Of a DNA stretch of 64,000 nucleotides, positions 38,761-51,687 are shown one piece after another. The stretch's first letter is position 1. Each line of letters starts with the position of its first letter. The position numbers were made by a program, and so were the translations under genes. The stretch covers positions 5,977,068 to 6,041,067 of the forward strand of contig NW_019091355.1 in the NCBI RefSeq assembly GCF_001949145.1, read 5' to 3'. The notes under the pieces were generated by a model. The model searched no databases, was not told the DNA's origin, and saw nothing but the letters and a program-made list of their open reading frames with translations. This DNA is from Acanthaster planci. Taxonomy: Eukaryota.

Positions 38761-39292
38761 CCTACAGATGGGGGTGGGTACCAGCCAACTCATGTCACCA
38801 TGTTTAGATGTATCTCATTTCCTTTGTTGACTTAAACATGTATGCACACATTGCAGATGAGCAGACCAAGCATGTACATGTACATGTACTGAACAAATGG
38901 CTGTGAACACAGCAAAACACAGGACAAGAATGCAATATGCTCATGTACTTGTACCTTTTGCTTGACCATTAACAGTTTACTGTGCATGCACAACCAGCCA
39001 TGTCATACTGTCACCATTGCATTCCTAGTTAATTACAGCTAGTTAGGTTTCCCATGTGAACGGATTTGCATACGCATACTTTTAGCTATCCATATCTGTT
39101 AAAGATCTACCCATTGTTTTGCAATCCCAACATATTGGTGGCGCTGTGACAGAAGCAATCCAGCACGGCAGCCTCCATCGATGAGCTTATGTTTATGGCT
39201 TTAGAGGAAAATGACAAAGAAACAGCGTTTTTTTCTTCTCAAATCTGGTGCTGGGACTAGTGCAGGAAGAGTGACATATGAACCTACCTTAA

Positions 39293-39710
39293 CCACCTGC
39301 TGCCGGGTGGATTTTTCTTGAGGAAGACAAGATGCTGGCTCATTTTTAAGATTTTTCGTTTTCAAAATTCTTCAAAAATTCATCAGTTCATTTAATGGCC
39401 ATTTATACCAAAATGAAGGACTCTTTGGGCACTATTCTAAAGCTTGACAGGTAAAATTCATTGACTCCTGAATATCTCAGCCAGGCCTGCAGCCTTGGAA
39501 AAAGAGCCGAGATTGTGCGATGTTAAGTAAGATTCTTTTGTTCCCGAAACTGGCGAAAAAATGTCGGCAATGCCTAGCAGCTCAAGTCTTTTATGCTGAG
39601 CACGGTCTTTTGTTATAAGGCACAACGCTTTTGTCCCAGTTCTGGGCTCCCGGGCTCTGCATATAAATAAAGCCTATGTACTCGAAAACGGGTTGCCCGA
39701 CAGGAAGTGG
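39293..39710. mobile_element. piggyBac-type MITE (418 bp)
   Basis: TTAA on both sides (39289-39292 and 39711-39714). TIR ccacctgctgccggg versus ccacttcctgtcggg (12/15). Confidence 0.8.
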
Positions 39711-40149
39711 TTAACCAAATTTTCTGTGAAGCACTGACAAATGATCAGTGTCCCAATGTAAGAATGTAAGTGCCAAAAGGATGAGGCGGAAACTTGTCAG
39801 TTTTAAAGTGTTCTTCCTTTCTGGTTTACAACTGCTTTATTTACTAAACTTTATACATAGGCATAAAAAGAAAATGATTTAATCAAGGATTTCATCAAAT
39901 TGCAGGCAAAATGAAGTTTATAATCAACTGTTAAATTATCTCTTTGTTTTCTGATTCTCAGCTATCTGATTTGACGTATTTTGTTACTCCAAAAAAAATC
40001 AAATTCAAATTCAATCAGTGAAATACAAAATCAATTGGAACCTTTACAAATTATTTCAGGCTCCTTACAATCACAGAAGATTAGAGTTCGTTGTCATAAA
40101 AATGCACCAAGGCTTTGTTCTTTCTCATTTAGAAATACATGTACATGTA

Positions 40150-41400
40150 GTTTTCAATGTATACATTCCTTGTAGTTAAGTTGCGACTCCCGCAGTGTGT
40201 CAACTCTTGCTTGCTCAATTCTCAGCACGGCACTCGAGTATTTGTGGACGTTGTGTCGTCCAAATCAATTTGTGACACTGGGTAGCAGGGGTAGAAGGGT
40301 AGATGTGATTGACATCAAGAGTAAACACTGACCATCTAAATTCAAAGAAATGGCCAAACCGTATAAGTACTTCATTTCTAACTTGGAAGGAAAAGGTAAG
40401 TCCCTGACTATAATTCAAACTTCAAAATATACCTTAATAACTTTTGGATTAATTTGCACAGCGGAATCCTTCATCCTTGACAAATATAACTGTGAAATCA
40501 AATCAAATTACATCTACGAATTCTATCGATATTTTCAGTGAAGGAGAGGAACTTCATCTTGTCAAAACATCAGTGAACTTTAGAAAATAATCTGCCAAAA
40601 TAAATAGGGTGTTTACACTTATGAGTTTCTTCAGTAGAAAGTGTGTAATGTGGTTGAGTTCTGCTCCACTGCTGGCCTTGACAACAAAATCTGACAGGCT
40701 GGGTTTTCCTCGGTTCTGTTCTAACTGCGGCAGGTAAGTTGTCGCATGAGGCAGCTGGATTTGTGCCTACTGGGCAAAAGTGCCTCTAATTGTGTCTTTT
40801 GGCCGACGAGAAAACGCTTTTGGGAGCAATTCAAATGTCATGCTGACATAGTGGAATCATCTGGCATTCTGACTCTCAGTCTAGCTATGGTACTTTCCAC
40901 ATCACTTCCATTTCACACGTTACTCCAATAAGCTCAAGCTAATTTTTAAATAATAAAAGAAACAGCTTTCTGCCACAACCTGGCTAACCTAATTTACTAA
41001 GCAAAAAAAGACACAGACACAGGTTCACCTTCAATACTGGTTTATTGTTCAACACATCTGGAGTGAACATTTAACCAACTAGTCAGGAGAGGGAAAAAAA
41101 AATTCCTAGTGGACTCCCAAACTGAGAATTTGCGGTTTGGCAGGTGGCCTTCATTGCCAAGCGAGGCTGGAATTCTTGGAGTCGGCTTTTGGGAAGAAAT
41201 TCCTGTCGTCAAGCGGTTAAAAAACATCTTACACCGGATATGTTTTGAATAGACCGTGAGAAACTTCATAGGCTCCATGCAGCATTGGGAATTCCTGATT
41301 GTATGCCAGAACCGGACTGTGACATCAGGTTTGGATGCTTTACATGTACATGTATGTACCATGCTCCGACGATTTGCCTACCCCAACAGATTATCAACAG
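40150..41400 (-). mobile_element. Very old LINE (CR1/L2-like) RT remnant
   Basis: Only scattered motif echoes (…FDFT…KLIQKLL…, 'ttggacgacaca' = LDDT). Heavily disrupted. Confidence 0.3.
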
Positions 41401-41994
41401 ACATTCAAGTCTACCCTGTTGTGTGTTGTGAAGGAACAGTCAACTTCCTTCATACTCTCTTTCAACACTTGATTCAGCTACTTCTTTGCAGCATCTGTTA
41501 AACTAATGATTTTGTCAAAGCCCCTCCTCAGTCTGTTCCACACAGGAAGATTCTGATCCAACATTTTGGATGCGTAAATTGCTTTACTTGTCCCATTAGT
41601 TACCATTCACACTGCAAAATTCTGTTTCAACAGTTTGGATATACCGGTATTAATTCTTCATACCAGTGCAACAACATCGTATCTCTGATATGCCAAAAAA
41701 CATTCTTTCAATTTTGTATACAGTTTTCATAAATGGTGCAAAACCTCTTACGTATATATCTTGTGCCAGATGTTTTACATGTTCATCCGAACCTTTTACA
41801 TGTACAACATACAGCCTTTTGGCACTGACAAAAGCATGTTATTGCAAAACTGTAAAGTCGGTTTTATGACGTTGTTGCTCTGACTCCATGAAGAATACAA
41901 TGCATTAAAAACTATGACCTGTTGACTCTAAACTGGGCCTTGAATGCTAACAATGAAAGAAAAATGAAAAAGTCATTTGGTTTAGAGTTCCTTC

Positions 41995-42270
41995 TTTGTT
42001 ACCGGTAGTTTCAGCAAGAGGTCCATCATCTCTGAATCATGTTCCAGCTTAGCTTGCCGTTCTTTCCTCTCCAGTTCAAAATGTTCTTTGTCATGCTCAA
42101 GTTGCAGCTATTTGAGAGTGTACTCCTCCGACTTGTCCTTCAGGTGCTGCGTGTACTCAGTGGTTTCAACCTTCTTGCGCTTCTTGGGCAGAGGGGTCTG
42201 CAGCTTGGCTTCATCTGAAGAAAGAATGGATGGGCCACTTTTATGTGAAATGGCAAATTTGAGCATGTAA
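41995..42270 (-). pseudogene. Coiled-coil ORF fragment resembling a Harbinger-type accessory protein C-terminus
   Basis: PLPKKRKKVETTEYTQHLKDKSEEYTLK*LQLEHDKEHFELERKERQAKLEHDSEMMDLLLK. An NLS-like KKRKK plus an E/K/R heptad pattern, with one internal stop. Confidence 0.4.
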
Positions 42271-42394
42271 ATTTTGGTTTTACTCAGCAAAAAATTGGAA
42301 TGTGATGCATTCCAATTTTTTCCGTTTTCGATGCATTGCTTCGAAAATGATTGGTCTTGATGTGAAAGATGTTCAAAGTATTTTCGAATCAGCA

Positions 42395-42765
42395 ATTGTC
42401 CCCAAGCTTTGTGCAATAATGCAAGATCCTAAGCATCCCCTTTATGTTTCAGTGGTCATCAACTGATCCAGAAGAATCCGCACCCCATGCACCAACACAG
42501 TGTTTTAGAATGTCTTTTTTGCCTAATGCTTGCCACCTGTTTAACTCTGCATTTAAAAAAAGAAATTCTGCGCCTTCCTGATTGGTGATCTCCACCCTGG
42601 TGCATGAAAACAGTTTTTATCTGTTTAGTCTCTGCTTTTTATAAATGTTGTTTTATATTCGTTGTATCAATAGGAATTTTTTATGCATACCGGTAATTCA
42701 CAGGGAAAACCAATTTTCAGGTTTTTTTAACGTGACAATGTAATAAATTAAGTGAAATGAAATGC
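42395..42765 (+). mobile_element. 3' end of a LINE (Rex1/Babar- or CR1-like)
   Basis: KLCAIMQDPKHPLY...SRRIRTP...VFLPNACHLFNS matches the typical ORF2 C-terminus (DP.HPL...SF.P.AI.L.N). It is followed by AATAAA and a (tgaaa)n tail near 42743-42763. Confidence 0.6.
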
Positions 42766-43786
42766 CCAAAATGATATTTAATTTGAGAGGTGTTTTACCC
42801 TACCCGACATGTGGGGTAGGGCAAAGCATCTCCCAAATGTAATATCTAATTCCCCAATTCAAGATACATTAATTAATATCCAAACATGCTAGCACTTTCT
42901 TTTTTCCAAGTGCACTAGTACAGCTACATCATACAGACAGTTAACTAACAACAATCGATCTTTGGGTGAGCTCAGCACATTTTTGTTTTGGAAGAAGCAG
43001 AGTGTTTTTGTTCAGCAGAGTACAAGTACATGTACATACTGATTGCTACTGGCACACCCCTTCCCTTTGGAATGCACAAATCATCATACATGTGCTTACC
43101 ATTCAGCCTTTTCTGTCAGACTTTAGAGGGCTTTCTGCCTGACCATCTCCCCTGCTTCAGCTGTGCCCGTTTTGCCTTGGCTAGTGCTTTCTCTCTTGGC
43201 TTCAAGGTCTACCATCTTACTCTCACCCACTCCATACTCCTCGTCAGCACCAGAGCTGAAATTACAAATGGAAAAATAAACATATTTATACTAATCCAAA
43301 TCGCTTTTCTGTTAAAACTTGCTTTGATTTTAAAGTTTTAAGCTATTAATGTGGTGTTATTATGATTTACCATCTTGGAATCAAATGTTGCCACCTTTTT
43401 TGTTTTTAAATTTTCCACCTGCAGCTTGCAAAATGACCACTCAAAACAAGATTACTTGTTGGTAATGGGTATATGTATGGGTATTCATTCATAACTTTAA
43501 AAACTGTGTTGAATTCCTTATTATGCAAATATTGAAGGTGTTTATAAGGTTGTGAGCGTGGATACTTCTGAGGTTATACATGGACCTCATGATGGTCTGC
43601 TCATGACTGGTGCATCCTATCAAACCTGATTTTGTTCATTGTCCAGTGAAAGAGTAGAGATAGGGTAGATTTCTGGAGGTTAATTATAAAAGTATTTATT
43701 TTTTCTTTAGGTGTCAATTACATGTATGTATTTTTGTTGTCATATTTATTTTTTTAGTTTTTGCTGCTGTTATTTTTTGCAATTCG

Positions 43787-44899
43787 CAGGGTTCTGCCCA
43801 GGATGGTTTTAGTGCCGGCAGGACTATCTAAGCGGAGCGCCACCATCGGTTGGCNNNNNNNNNNNNNNNNNNNNNNNNNNNNNNNNNNNNNNNNNNNNNN
43901 NNNNNNNNNNNNNNNNNNNNNNNNNNNNNNNNNNNNNNNNNNNNNNNNNNNNNNNNNNNNNNNNNNNNNNNNNNNNNNNNNNNNNNNNNNNNNNNNNNNN
44001 NNNNNNNNNNNNNNNNNNNNNNNNNNNNNNNNNNNNNNNNNNNNNNNNNNNNNNNNNNNNNNNNNNNNNNNNNNNNNNNNNNNNNNNNNNNNNNNNNNNN
44101 NNNNNNNNNNNNNNNNNNNNNNNNNNNNNNNNNNNNNNNNNNNNNNNNNNNNNNNNNNNNNNNNNNNNNNNNNNNNNNNNNNNNNNNNNNNNNNNNNNNN
44201 NNNNNNNNNNNNNNNNNNNNNNNNNNNNNNNNNNNNNNNNNNNNNNNNNNNNNNNNNNNNNNNNNNNNNNNNNNNNNNNNNNNNNNNNNNNNNNNNNNNN
44301 NNNNNNNNNNNNNNNNNNNNNNNNNNNNNNNNNNNNNNNNNNNNNNNNNNNNNNNNNNNNNNNNNNNNNNNNNNNNNNNNNNNNNNNNNNNNNNNNNNNN
44401 NNNNNNNNNNNNNNNNNNNNNNNNNNNNNNNNNNNNNNNNNNNNNNNNNNNNNNNNNNNNNNNNNNNNNNNNNNNNNNNNNNNNNNNNNNNNNNNNNNNN
44501 NNNNNNNNNNNNNNNNNNNNNNNNNNNNNNNNNNNNNNNNNNNNNNNNNNNNNNNNNNNNNNNNNNNNNNNNNNNNNNNNNNNNNNNNNNNNNNNNNNNN
44601 NNNNNNNNNNNNNNNNNNNNNNNNNNNNNNNNNNNNNNNNNNNNNNNNNNNNNNNNNNNNNNNNNNNNNNNNNNNNNNNNNNNNNNNNNNNNNNNNNNNN
44701 NNNNNNNNNNNNNNNNNNNNNNNNNNNNNNNNNNNNNNNNNNNNNNNNNNNNNNNNNNNNNNNNNNNNNNNNNNNNNNNNNNNNNNNNNNNNNNNNNNNN
44801 GTTGCCGGTCGGAAAAGTTGATTTGGCAGATTGTGGCGGTCGGCAATTCTGCGTGCCGGTCGGGCCCAACCGGCGCCGACCGGCAGCGGCAGATCCCTG
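43787..44899. mobile_element. hAT-like TIR element spanning N-gap 43855-44800
   Basis: TIR cagggttctgcc / cagggatctgcc (11/12). Flanked by aattcg on both sides. Subterminal gccggtcgg repeats. Confidence 0.75.
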
Positions 44900-45142
44900 A
44901 ATTCGGTGAAATGCAATTGTCAGTTCGACTCACTGCTTGTACTGGATGTTTGCCAGTTAATTAGGGTAGTTCATTTGGGCTGATATACATGTACATGTAC
45001 CAATAAGAGTTGAAACAAATCTCACACTGAAACTTCAGGGAGTGTTACAACAGAAACAATTCCCACGTTTCATTGTATCTGGGGCTTACTTGTATATGTA
45101 ATATTTTGAGCTTTGCCTATTGCTTTGTGTCCCTGCCTACAG

Positions 45143-45296
45143 GAAGGTGCTTTTGCCTTGGCCTTCATGAGCACTTATTTCCCTGGTCAGTGTGTGGCTA
45201 CACGTCGCGGCAGTCCCCTGCTCATTGGCATAAAGACCAAGCAGAAATTGAACAGTGACTATGTGCCTATTCTCTACAGAGACAACAGCCACAGAG
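45143..45296 (+). CDS. GFPT1: GFPT coding exon 6
   Basis: 154 nt: [51 protein letters not shown]. cctacag acceptor, GTGAGT donor (phase 1). Confidence 0.97.
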
Positions 45297-46471
45297 GTGA
45301 GTAATTGTACCTCCTCCCTCTGAGTTCATTTCAGTTTTAATCATGAGCATGAGAAAGATCATTGTGAGGTCTGTCATCATATGTGTACACACAGTGATTG
45401 ATAAAAATTGAGTGATGTAAAAAACATGCGAAATTAGGAGACTCAATGAACATTTGAATCCCAATGAATTGAAAAGTTAAATTACAGCAATGACAGTTAT
45501 TGGGATGGAGTCGGGGTTGTTACAATTGTTAAATGTTGTAGCTTATGGATAATGCATCACCAACTGAGAGTGTATTAGTGATTGACCGATAATACTGAAA
45601 TAAAACTTCTAACCGATGATGGACCCTTCCGGTCTGTCAATCAAACCATGCATTGGAGGATGACTTTCAGTCAGATGACCATGAAAACTTCGCAGTGCTT
45701 GCTAATAGAAGTTGTTGGCCATTAGCTTGGTCAAATTTAATCGCATGCCGCACAAATACCCTACGCAAATCAGTGGGCCCAATGTAGCTGCCCATCGATT
45801 TGGAAGTCGGTTCTAACTTTTTGTATGTTTGGGAATAAAATGGTAAAACTATGCTGCTACGGTACATGTACATGTAATTCCGACACCAGGCATCCGGCGA
45901 AGTGCATTTTTTCGCTTTTCCAAAGCCCAAATCCAACCTTGAGAAATGTTTGAGATGGATTAAAGCGTGTGGTCGGCCCCATTCAGACTTGAATGTAAAC
46001 AAGATCAACAAGGACAAGTGCACGTGTTCTAAGGTAGGATTATTATTAATTGCAAATGCCAAACATATTGTTAAATAATTAAATTAACTTAGATTAATAA
46101 TTTGTTATTGAAAAAATAGTTTCTCTTCTGACAATTAGTTATGTACTCTTTCAACATCTTCAATAAAAGTAGGTTGTTCACTTCTTGGGCCTAGTTTCAT
46201 GTAGTAATAGGATGCCATTTCTAGAAGACAACACTTGCTTAAACTTCTAGTCTACTGTTACAGAAAAAGTAATAATTCCTTGAATTCTTTTTCTGGCATA
46301 TGCATCACCTCACTGTACAGCATTGAAAAAACCTGTAATCATTTGCAATGAAACATAAAATATTTGACCTTGTAGTTGTAGGACAATACCTGTGTCATTT
46401 CTTGTTTCGCTGTAGCTCACTACAGCTTTATTCTCATTGTGGCATCTTACAGGTCATTTTATGTATACCAG

Positions 46472-46638
46472 GCAAGATATGGGACAGAGGGGTACCCCCT
46501 TTACCTGTTTAATCCCTACACACTCTAGACTGTTGTTACCCAACACATCCCCCCTAGAAGTCTGTAAAGAATTCCTGAGATTCCAATCAAACAATGACCA
46601 ACACAAAGGCGGGGGGTACTCTTCGTCCCATATCTTGC
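46472..46638. mobile_element. Small MITE in an intron of the THAP transposase
   Basis: gcaagatatgggac...gtacccc / ggggtac...gtcccatatcttgc inverted repeat (14 bp perfect core). Confidence 0.6.
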
Positions 46639-48083
46639 TTCAAATGACTTTATGAGTTCAAGGTCCAGTCTTGATCCTGTCCTGGCTATTGGGACTCTAC
46701 GAGACCTTCACGCAGGTGCAACTCCAATGCACATTATATTGGTGTTTGATTATAAAGGAAAATTAATTATTTTCATTGATTCAGTGTTATTGTATTCAAA
46801 TAATTTATTTTAATTAATAGAAAATTAATTAGCCCTGTCTAAATTTGTTGTAAACCTGTAGTTGGAAATAAGAATAAAAGCGTATTAATATTTTCCAAGT
46901 TAAAGTTCCTGTACCATATATTTCACAGCATTTCAAAGAAGGACAGCCAACTGTTACATGCTCTGACCCAGTACCGACTGATGGTAGTGACATCTATAAA
47001 GCTGAGAGGCCTCCATTTAAACAAAAGCTTAACCATGAAAACAGGTGGGTCAGTTTGCTATTATTTGTCTGAAACCTTTAGTTTCATACCAAATTGAAGT
47101 CGGTAACAAACACAAAAATCATCTGCCGGCTGCAAAATACATTTCAAAACATTTTTAAGCACTTGGAAAGATTAAGTATGTTGTAGAAATCTAAGTGTGC
47201 TGAAGTGCTATTCAAAGTTTGGTCTGTGATTTTCTAAAAACTGAACAGATCAGTGAACATTCTCAGAATTTTTTGATCACGTAAGAAGGAACTAGTTTGA
47301 AACATTGCATTTTTGGAACATTACTTGAAATATGATACAGTAAAATCCAAAGAAATGTTATTTAATGAATATTTGTTTTTCCTGTTAAATTTATAGTGGT
47401 CAGTCATCCAAAATAAAACTATAGAGGCAGACAAAAAGTGCAGAGGCAGGAACAGATGCACCTAATGAAAATCTAACTTCAGAAGTTAAACCTGGTAAGT
47501 TCCCCTATATTCTTCAGTACTGGCTAGGAATTGTGTGACCTGTTCCTTACAGAACAAAGCCAGTTTTCCAAATATGACTTTCCACATCTGTGTCTTAGGC
47601 AGAATCCTTCCAAGGTGAATGGCCTTACTTGTGTAAACAACAGAGTCACAGAAAGGTGCCCCAGTCACCATTAATTATCCTTGTACTTGATAAAAGTGTG
47701 GTTGATTCTCCCTTAACTTTATGCAATTTCCAGATTTTACCATGAAGAAATTTGAAATTTCATCTGTAGTCTCCGAAGCAATCACGTTTCTTGCACTGTA
47801 TGGACACTTAGTATCCAGGATTCCTGTTTGTTCTCCATCACATATCTTGCCATCTAGTGTGGCTGCTGTGGTAGTACATGTACAAGCAGGATTAGCCACC
47901 AGGCTGCAGTCATAAACATGGAGAATGTTTTTGTATTGAAATAAGCCTCCTTTGCAACACTTGTATGCTTTTTGCCATAAGACACAGCTTCACTCAGGTT
48001 TATTTGGGAAGAGCACAAAATAGTTGAAACTTGTGTTGACTTTTTTTCCCTCGTAACTACCCTACCAAACTGCAAGGCATTCA

Positions 48084-48200
48084 CAGTCTTGTAGTCGAGA
48101 CCAGTTAGTCCGAGATCAAGACCGAGAACAGAAGTTCTGAGAGCACCACCTTCAAGAGGGATCAAGACCAAGATCGTCTGAGACTGAGAGTGCCAAGTAC
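48084..48200. mobile_element. Truncated hAT MITE (family of 19724-19918) inserted in the YqaJ gene
   Basis: Begins cagtcttgtagtcgaga (1 mismatch to the TIR), followed by caagaccgag-type subterminal repeats. Confidence 0.65.
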
Positions 48201-50466
48201 ACTAAGTTACCAGCCAGAAATCACTCACAGCAACAGTTACATTGTGCATATTTGTGCTTCTTTGCTGGGAATTCAGGTAGGAAAACATGTTGGTTCATCC
48301 AAAACACCATCTCAAAAAAGACAAAAGACCGAAGTCATTCACCTGTATGAATTACAATTAATATTTCTTCTCTGTTTTAATGTATCTTTTTTCCAGCACA
48401 ATCTGGGCTTGAACTAGTATCAGTGGCATCATTAATTCATAACTTAGAGGGGAAAATGCAGCACTCAAGAAGAATCTTGCTGCCAAGGTTTTGGAGCTGC
48501 ATGATGCAAAGAAAAAATCCAACAGGACACCGTCAAAGCCATCAGACAAGGTTATCAACTGGAAAAACTTCAGTGTCAAGACTGTTCTAAAATCACAAGT
48601 TTTTTTAAATATCACACAGGGTTCCAAGCCAACACTTTCAATTTGCTTTTTGATTTCTTAATCCTTGATGCAAAAAAACAACCAACTTGAGTATAAGAAA
48701 AGAAAATCGACATGCATGAAGTTGTCTTTGAACGACCAGCTGTTCTTAGTTTTGTGCTGATTGCAAAATGGGTTTCATTGGAAGGATCTTGCGTTACAAC
48801 AAGTATTTTCACGGTTTATTTCTGACAAAGAAATATGCCAGAAAAGTCACATTTGCAAGCTCCTTCAAGACCTGATAAGAGATGAAAAAGTCTACCTTGA
48901 TGATGAAATTATGGTGGATAAAGGCTTTCAAATAGATGAGGTTAAAAAATTGGTTTGAAAGGTGAACATCCCTCCACTGGCTTCATCGTCTTCACAGATG
49001 AAACCAGCTGATTTGATGCTCACTAGGAAGATTGCCTGTCACTTGGTACATATAGAGAAAGCAGTTGAAGGAATGAAGAGTTAATAGTCACCTGAACAAT
49101 TCCAGCCAGCCTGTTTGGAAGTGTTAAAGAAATATGTTTGATATGCTGCTGTTTGAAAGGATTTCAGGATGTTTTGTTGAAGGAGAAGTAGTCAAACCCA
49201 CATCCTCATCCATCATGTCCATCTGTATTGTAGCTATAAGTTTTTTAATCACTGGCTAATGTAATCCACTTTTTTAACTCAGTATTAATACCTGATAATA
49301 TAGGCTTGATCCTCTCTGAACTTGTCCAAGGGGTGTTTGAGTCACTGAAACATCCTCCTGGAGAAGATACTTCAGTGGGGTTTTTGTTAAGGCTTTTAAC
49401 TGCCTTATTTCCCTTGAAGTAGGCAGCAACACTCTGTAAAAATATGAGGAAAAATTTACAACTCTGTTTAGTCAGTTATTTCAAAATGAACAAAAGAAAA
49501 AAAAGGAAAATTTATGTTGGACTCTAGCTGAAGAAGGAGGAACATTTTAAAAAAGCAAATTTTTGTTACATTTTATTATCTTGGTGGATCAGGACTGAAT
49601 CTGTGATAAAAAAAATGTGCACAAGGATGAATGGATTGTCAAGAAAAGTTGTCCAGACATCACTCTTCAAAGGTAAAAGAATTCTTGTCCGCAAAAAGTA
49701 GATACAAGGTTTTTCAGTTGTACTCAACTACATGTACGTGCTTGTTCAGTTTTTGTCAGATGCATACAAATGTACATTTTGTCTTTCCACATTCCGCCAA
49801 CAAAGCAGATTTGTTAATAGACATTTTTAATTGTACACTACATGTACCTTTGCTCAGTCACTTTTGTGAAAACAGGCTGTCATTTCCTGATTTTCTGGGC
49901 TTTGCCATGATCAAGCCTGTCATGGATTTTGGTTGGATTTTACATCCACAAGATTTGGGCCACTGTTGTGGCATGCTTGTACAGGACAAATGCCCTGGCA
50001 TCTCCTTCAGAGCAAGTTCCTGGTAATGTCTCAGGGTGTATATCAGGGCAATTATATTGAAGCAAGTACCTGATAGCCTGTTGAATAATCAGTTGGAATG
50101 AATTTTGGAGGTACGAAGGCTTAACAAATAAGAATGGGAGTCAAAGTAGGCCGTCTATAAATTTTCCTTGACATTTTTATCAGCTAACCAAAGAGCAGGG
50201 GGGATGGCTTTCATTACTGCAGTTAATAAATTGAGTTAAATTAAAATAAAATCGTAATTGTATCCAAAAGGAAAAGACCCAGATTGATATACATTATAAT
50301 TGAATGTATTTATATATTTATCTAAAAGAAATGCTGAATATTATTCTAAAGAAAAAACAAGAAGAGGAAATATATATTTTATTTTCAGAACAGTACTGAT
50401 TAGCCTGTCACGTTTCCTTTTTGTACATGTATTGTGCTTGTGTAAGGCATCCTCTTGAACACAAAT

Positions 50467-50934
50467 CAGGGTTTGCATGCATTCTGGAAAACCTGGAATA
50501 TCCTGGAATTTCATACCCATCCTGAATAGTCCTGGAAAATGCTTAATTTTTAATACATATTTTTTTCATACAATATTTATTTAATACATAATTAAAAATT
50601 TTCAGTCATTATAAACTAATAAAGTTTTTTCCTTAACGTTGAATGAACTAGGGGAAGTTTATTTTTTATGATTGCCAAATGTGTGTAGGCCTACCTCGTG
50701 GTCCGGTTGTCACTGTCAGAAAACTTGTCACGTCTTTGTCATTGCGCTGCTTGATTTCTATGCATGTACATTGTTATAACTTCACAATCTTCTATTGTAT
50801 TGTATTGATATATTGTACATGTACATGTATTGCATGTCAACCTGAATTAAGTCCTGGAAAAAATCAAACTTTTCAACCTAGATAATCCTTGAAAAGTCCT
50901 GGAATATTTTTTTCACAAGGGTGTATGAACCCTA
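50467..50934. mobile_element. hAT-like MITE with tcctggaa subterminal repeats
   Basis: Ends cagggttt... / ...gaacccta. Multiple (t)cctggaa repeats at both ends. Flanks acaaat / acaaac. Confidence 0.65.
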
Positions 50935-51687
50935 ACAAACGAATACAGGAATAACTAAAACTGTACATGTATGTCTACACGTGCTTATCCAACTACATAG
51001 CTGTATTTCCTCTCTGCTATGAAACCATTCCGTTCTAAGCACACATTCAGGGAATGCAGTATACTGCCTTTCTGCATACTTCTGTAGCATTTTGCCTGCA
51101 TTACCACCTGGCCATCCTTCAAAACTAATAAGGAATTACGTTTGACCGGCTCAGACTTGAGTAAAGAACTGGAAGTGACCGTTTGCCGTTATTTGTAGTA
51201 AAGTATGTAAATGAATTGTTTTGTGTTGTTTATTGAGAAGTTCTGTGTTAGAGTCGTCTTTATGAATATCATGCCTTTTACTTTCAACCTACCCCAAACA
51301 GTCACTAAATATGCAAATTCCTTTGCATGTGATTCTGTTCACTAAAGTTCTGATCAACGTGATGTGCGCCCTATAGTACCATGATGCATAGCGGAACGGC
51401 CACCATGTTTGTCCGTCTTTTCCTCAGTGTGATTCTAAACAGACTTTTTTGGGCCTCTTTGAGTTTATCGAGTTTCTGTTTCGCTACCACGTTTCTGTGT
51501 TATTCTAATCAACCATAACGTATTGTAAAAATATACATTTGGTATTTTGATATATTCTTTAGTTTGAGGTGTGCACTTTCTTGTTTTGTGGTATTTTCTC
51601 TTCTGTTATATCTTTCAGACTCGTTGACTCTACGTTACTGTACTACCAAGTGACACACTTAAGGGGTTCCAAAGGTTCCGTGATGTA

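Larger units (their letters stand above)
45840..49190 (+). pseudogene. THAP-domain + Harbinger-type DDE transposase gene of an ISL2EU-like transposon (multi-exon, disrupted)
   Basis: 45840-46033 reads MVKLCCYGTC(TC)NSDTRHP / VHFFAFPKPKSNLEKCLRWIKACGRPHSDLNVNKINKDKCTCSK. After a GT..AG intron, 46929 continues HFKEGQPTVTCSDPVP (THAP C2CH completed). 48600-48660 reads KYHTGFQANTFNLLFDFL. 48812-49190 reads ISDKEIC...MVDKGF...VNIPP...IACHLVHIEKAV (DDE_Tnp_4-like). Confidence 0.8.
47486..51110 (-). pseudogene. YqaJ/lambda-exonuclease-like gene with SWIM-like N-terminus (ISL2EU accessory gene), disrupted
   Basis: 47486-48080 reads QFGRVVTR...AVSYGKKHTSVAKEAY...AATLDGKI...GILDTKCPYS...HFYQVQG*LMVTGAPFCDSVVYT (PD-(D/E)xK YqaJ motifs). 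Upstream pieces: 49290-49335 GQVQRGSSLLYQ; 49870-50075 GTCFNNIALIY...SCTSMPQQWPK; about 51030-51100 AKCYRSMQK...HSLNV. Confidence 0.75.

Noticed and set aside
43754..44933. Long 320-380 aa ORFs in the ORF track (also 35103-35710 and 36853-37484)
   Set aside because: They consist almost entirely of X across assembly N-gaps and are artefacts.
47486..48080. YqaJ phage-type recombinase as horizontal transfer or bacterial contamination
   Set aside because: It is embedded in a spliced THAP/Harbinger-type transposon inside a GFPT intron, and YqaJ is an established ISL2EU component.
51619..51674. AG...GT-bounded candidate cassette exon for GFPT (RLVDSTLL resembles RVDSTT)
   Set aside because: In the required phase it hits TGA after 11 codons, and it lies inside the DIRS 5' region.
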